DNA from: Epiperipatus broadwayi
Taxonomy: Eukaryota; Animalia; Onychophora
DNA: 64,000 bases
Assembly (NCBI GenBank): GCA_028023455.1
Contig: JAQFVV010000007.1
Location: 1,860,001-1,924,000 of the forward strand
Reading direction: 5' to 3'
Within the stretch, counting starts at the first letter, position 1, and every line of letters starts with the position of its first letter. Positions 62,741 through 64,000 of the stretch are shown here, one piece after another. The notes under the pieces are model-generated. The model saw only the letters and a program-made list of their open reading frames with translations. It was not told where the DNA came from and did no database searches. A program made the translations under genes and the position numbers.

Positions 62741-64000
62741 TTGCTTTAAAATTGCAATATAGAATTGAAAATATTTATTTAACTATCACAAGATACAATA
62801 TAAAATTAGATATTATAAATATTTAATTAGGGTTTTAAAATGAATGTAACTAATAAAATTAGATTTTTTTGTTTAGAAAAATAGATACATTAAAAATTAA
62901 AGGTGGGATAAAGTAATAAAATATTGTTTTAAAAGTCATTTTAAAATATTTAGTAATCTTTAATAAGGTGTAAAAATTAATTTAGAATTAATATTTTTAA
63001 GTAATATTTTTTAAAAGAATGAGTCATTATTTTATTTTTAATTTTAATTGTGTAATCTCAAAGTTATATGTCAATTAGGCCATCAGGTGAAAGTTTAATC
63101 CACCAATCAAAATATGGATTTATTTGGGTATAAATACAGTTGCTCAATTATTTTCAGTGTGCTTCTGTTAATAAAATCTGCCTTTGATTATTTTAAGTTT
63201 GCTTCTATTAGTTAAGTTTGCTTTCTGTTAATTAAGTTTGTTTTAAATTAGTCAATTCAGTGCTATAACTCTCTAATAATTTATTTTAAAAATAGAAAGT
63301 ATACCAATTGAATCATTTTAACGAAGAGAGTATATTTTAAGAACTATACATTTATTTTATTTAAATATGCGCTGCTGAGAAACTAAAATTCCTTACTAAG
63401 TCAATTTATCAAAATTTAATTTAAAACATCTCATAAGCATGGAAGTACCAAGAAAAAATATCTACCTGATTAAAGGGATGTTAGAAGTAAAAGTTTTAAT
63501 TAAAAATATAATTTTAGTAATTTTAACAGGGAGTAATATTTTATCAGTCAAATTTATATGATGGACATTATATGAGAAGTTGAATGGAAAAATTGATAAG
63601 AAATTAAAAGTAACAATGCATTTTTATTTGGAAAGATAGTTTTATCTGAGACTAAAAAATAATACGGTAAAAGCTTTTAAAAATCTTTCAATAATTTAAA
63701 AATAGATATTTTGAATAAAAGATGCAGAAAATGTTTTTTTTTTGAAGAGAACATTTTTTTTAATAATTTATTTTAAGCTGTCTTTTGAGAAAGGATGGAA
63801 AAATAAAGGCAATTATTAAAATACCATATGTGATAAGTCTTTATTATTTTCAAAGACTGTATATAAGTAATAGTATTATGAAAAAAACTAATAATTGTAA
63901 ACTAATAATGGAAAAAAAATATCCTTGGATAAATAATAAAATATCCTGATAAGAAAATTCTATATACTGACTTTATGTGAGATATTGAAATATTTTAGAA

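Overview
AT-rich animal (probably invertebrate) genomic DNA with no recognisable host gene. Bases 7806-64000 are almost all one nested stack of Ty3/Gypsy-type LTR retroelements, mostly with very long LTRs (2.7-3.1 kb; B about 1.25 kb), TG(A/T)AnCAGT...ACTGnT(A/T)CA-like termini, tRNA-Lys-like PBSs and ATAT target sites. Reconstructed nesting: E (+, 7806 to beyond 58645) contains D (-, 10345-48975, ATAT TSD). The 3' LTR of D contains A (+, from 10583), which contains solo LTR C (17124-19805) and B (-, 19870-37623). The gag of B is split by A' (+, 28099-35485, ATAT TSD; excision restores the frame). An L1/Tx1 LINE (-, about 37624-41177) abuts B, and another LTR enters the 3' LTR of E at 58646. 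Bases 1-7805 hold an RTE LINE fragment (12-bp TSD) carrying a tRNA-Val-like insertion (10-bp TSD). The most notable item is a 432-bp tandem repeat (1-717) whose second copy has a complete minimal type I hammerhead ribozyme (511-553) with a palindromic stem III, at the tip of a long fold-back structure. This looks like a non-LTR retrozyme / circular-RNA-producing array; the first copy's core is mutated. All coordinates and alignments were read by eye; no folding, alignment or database search was run.
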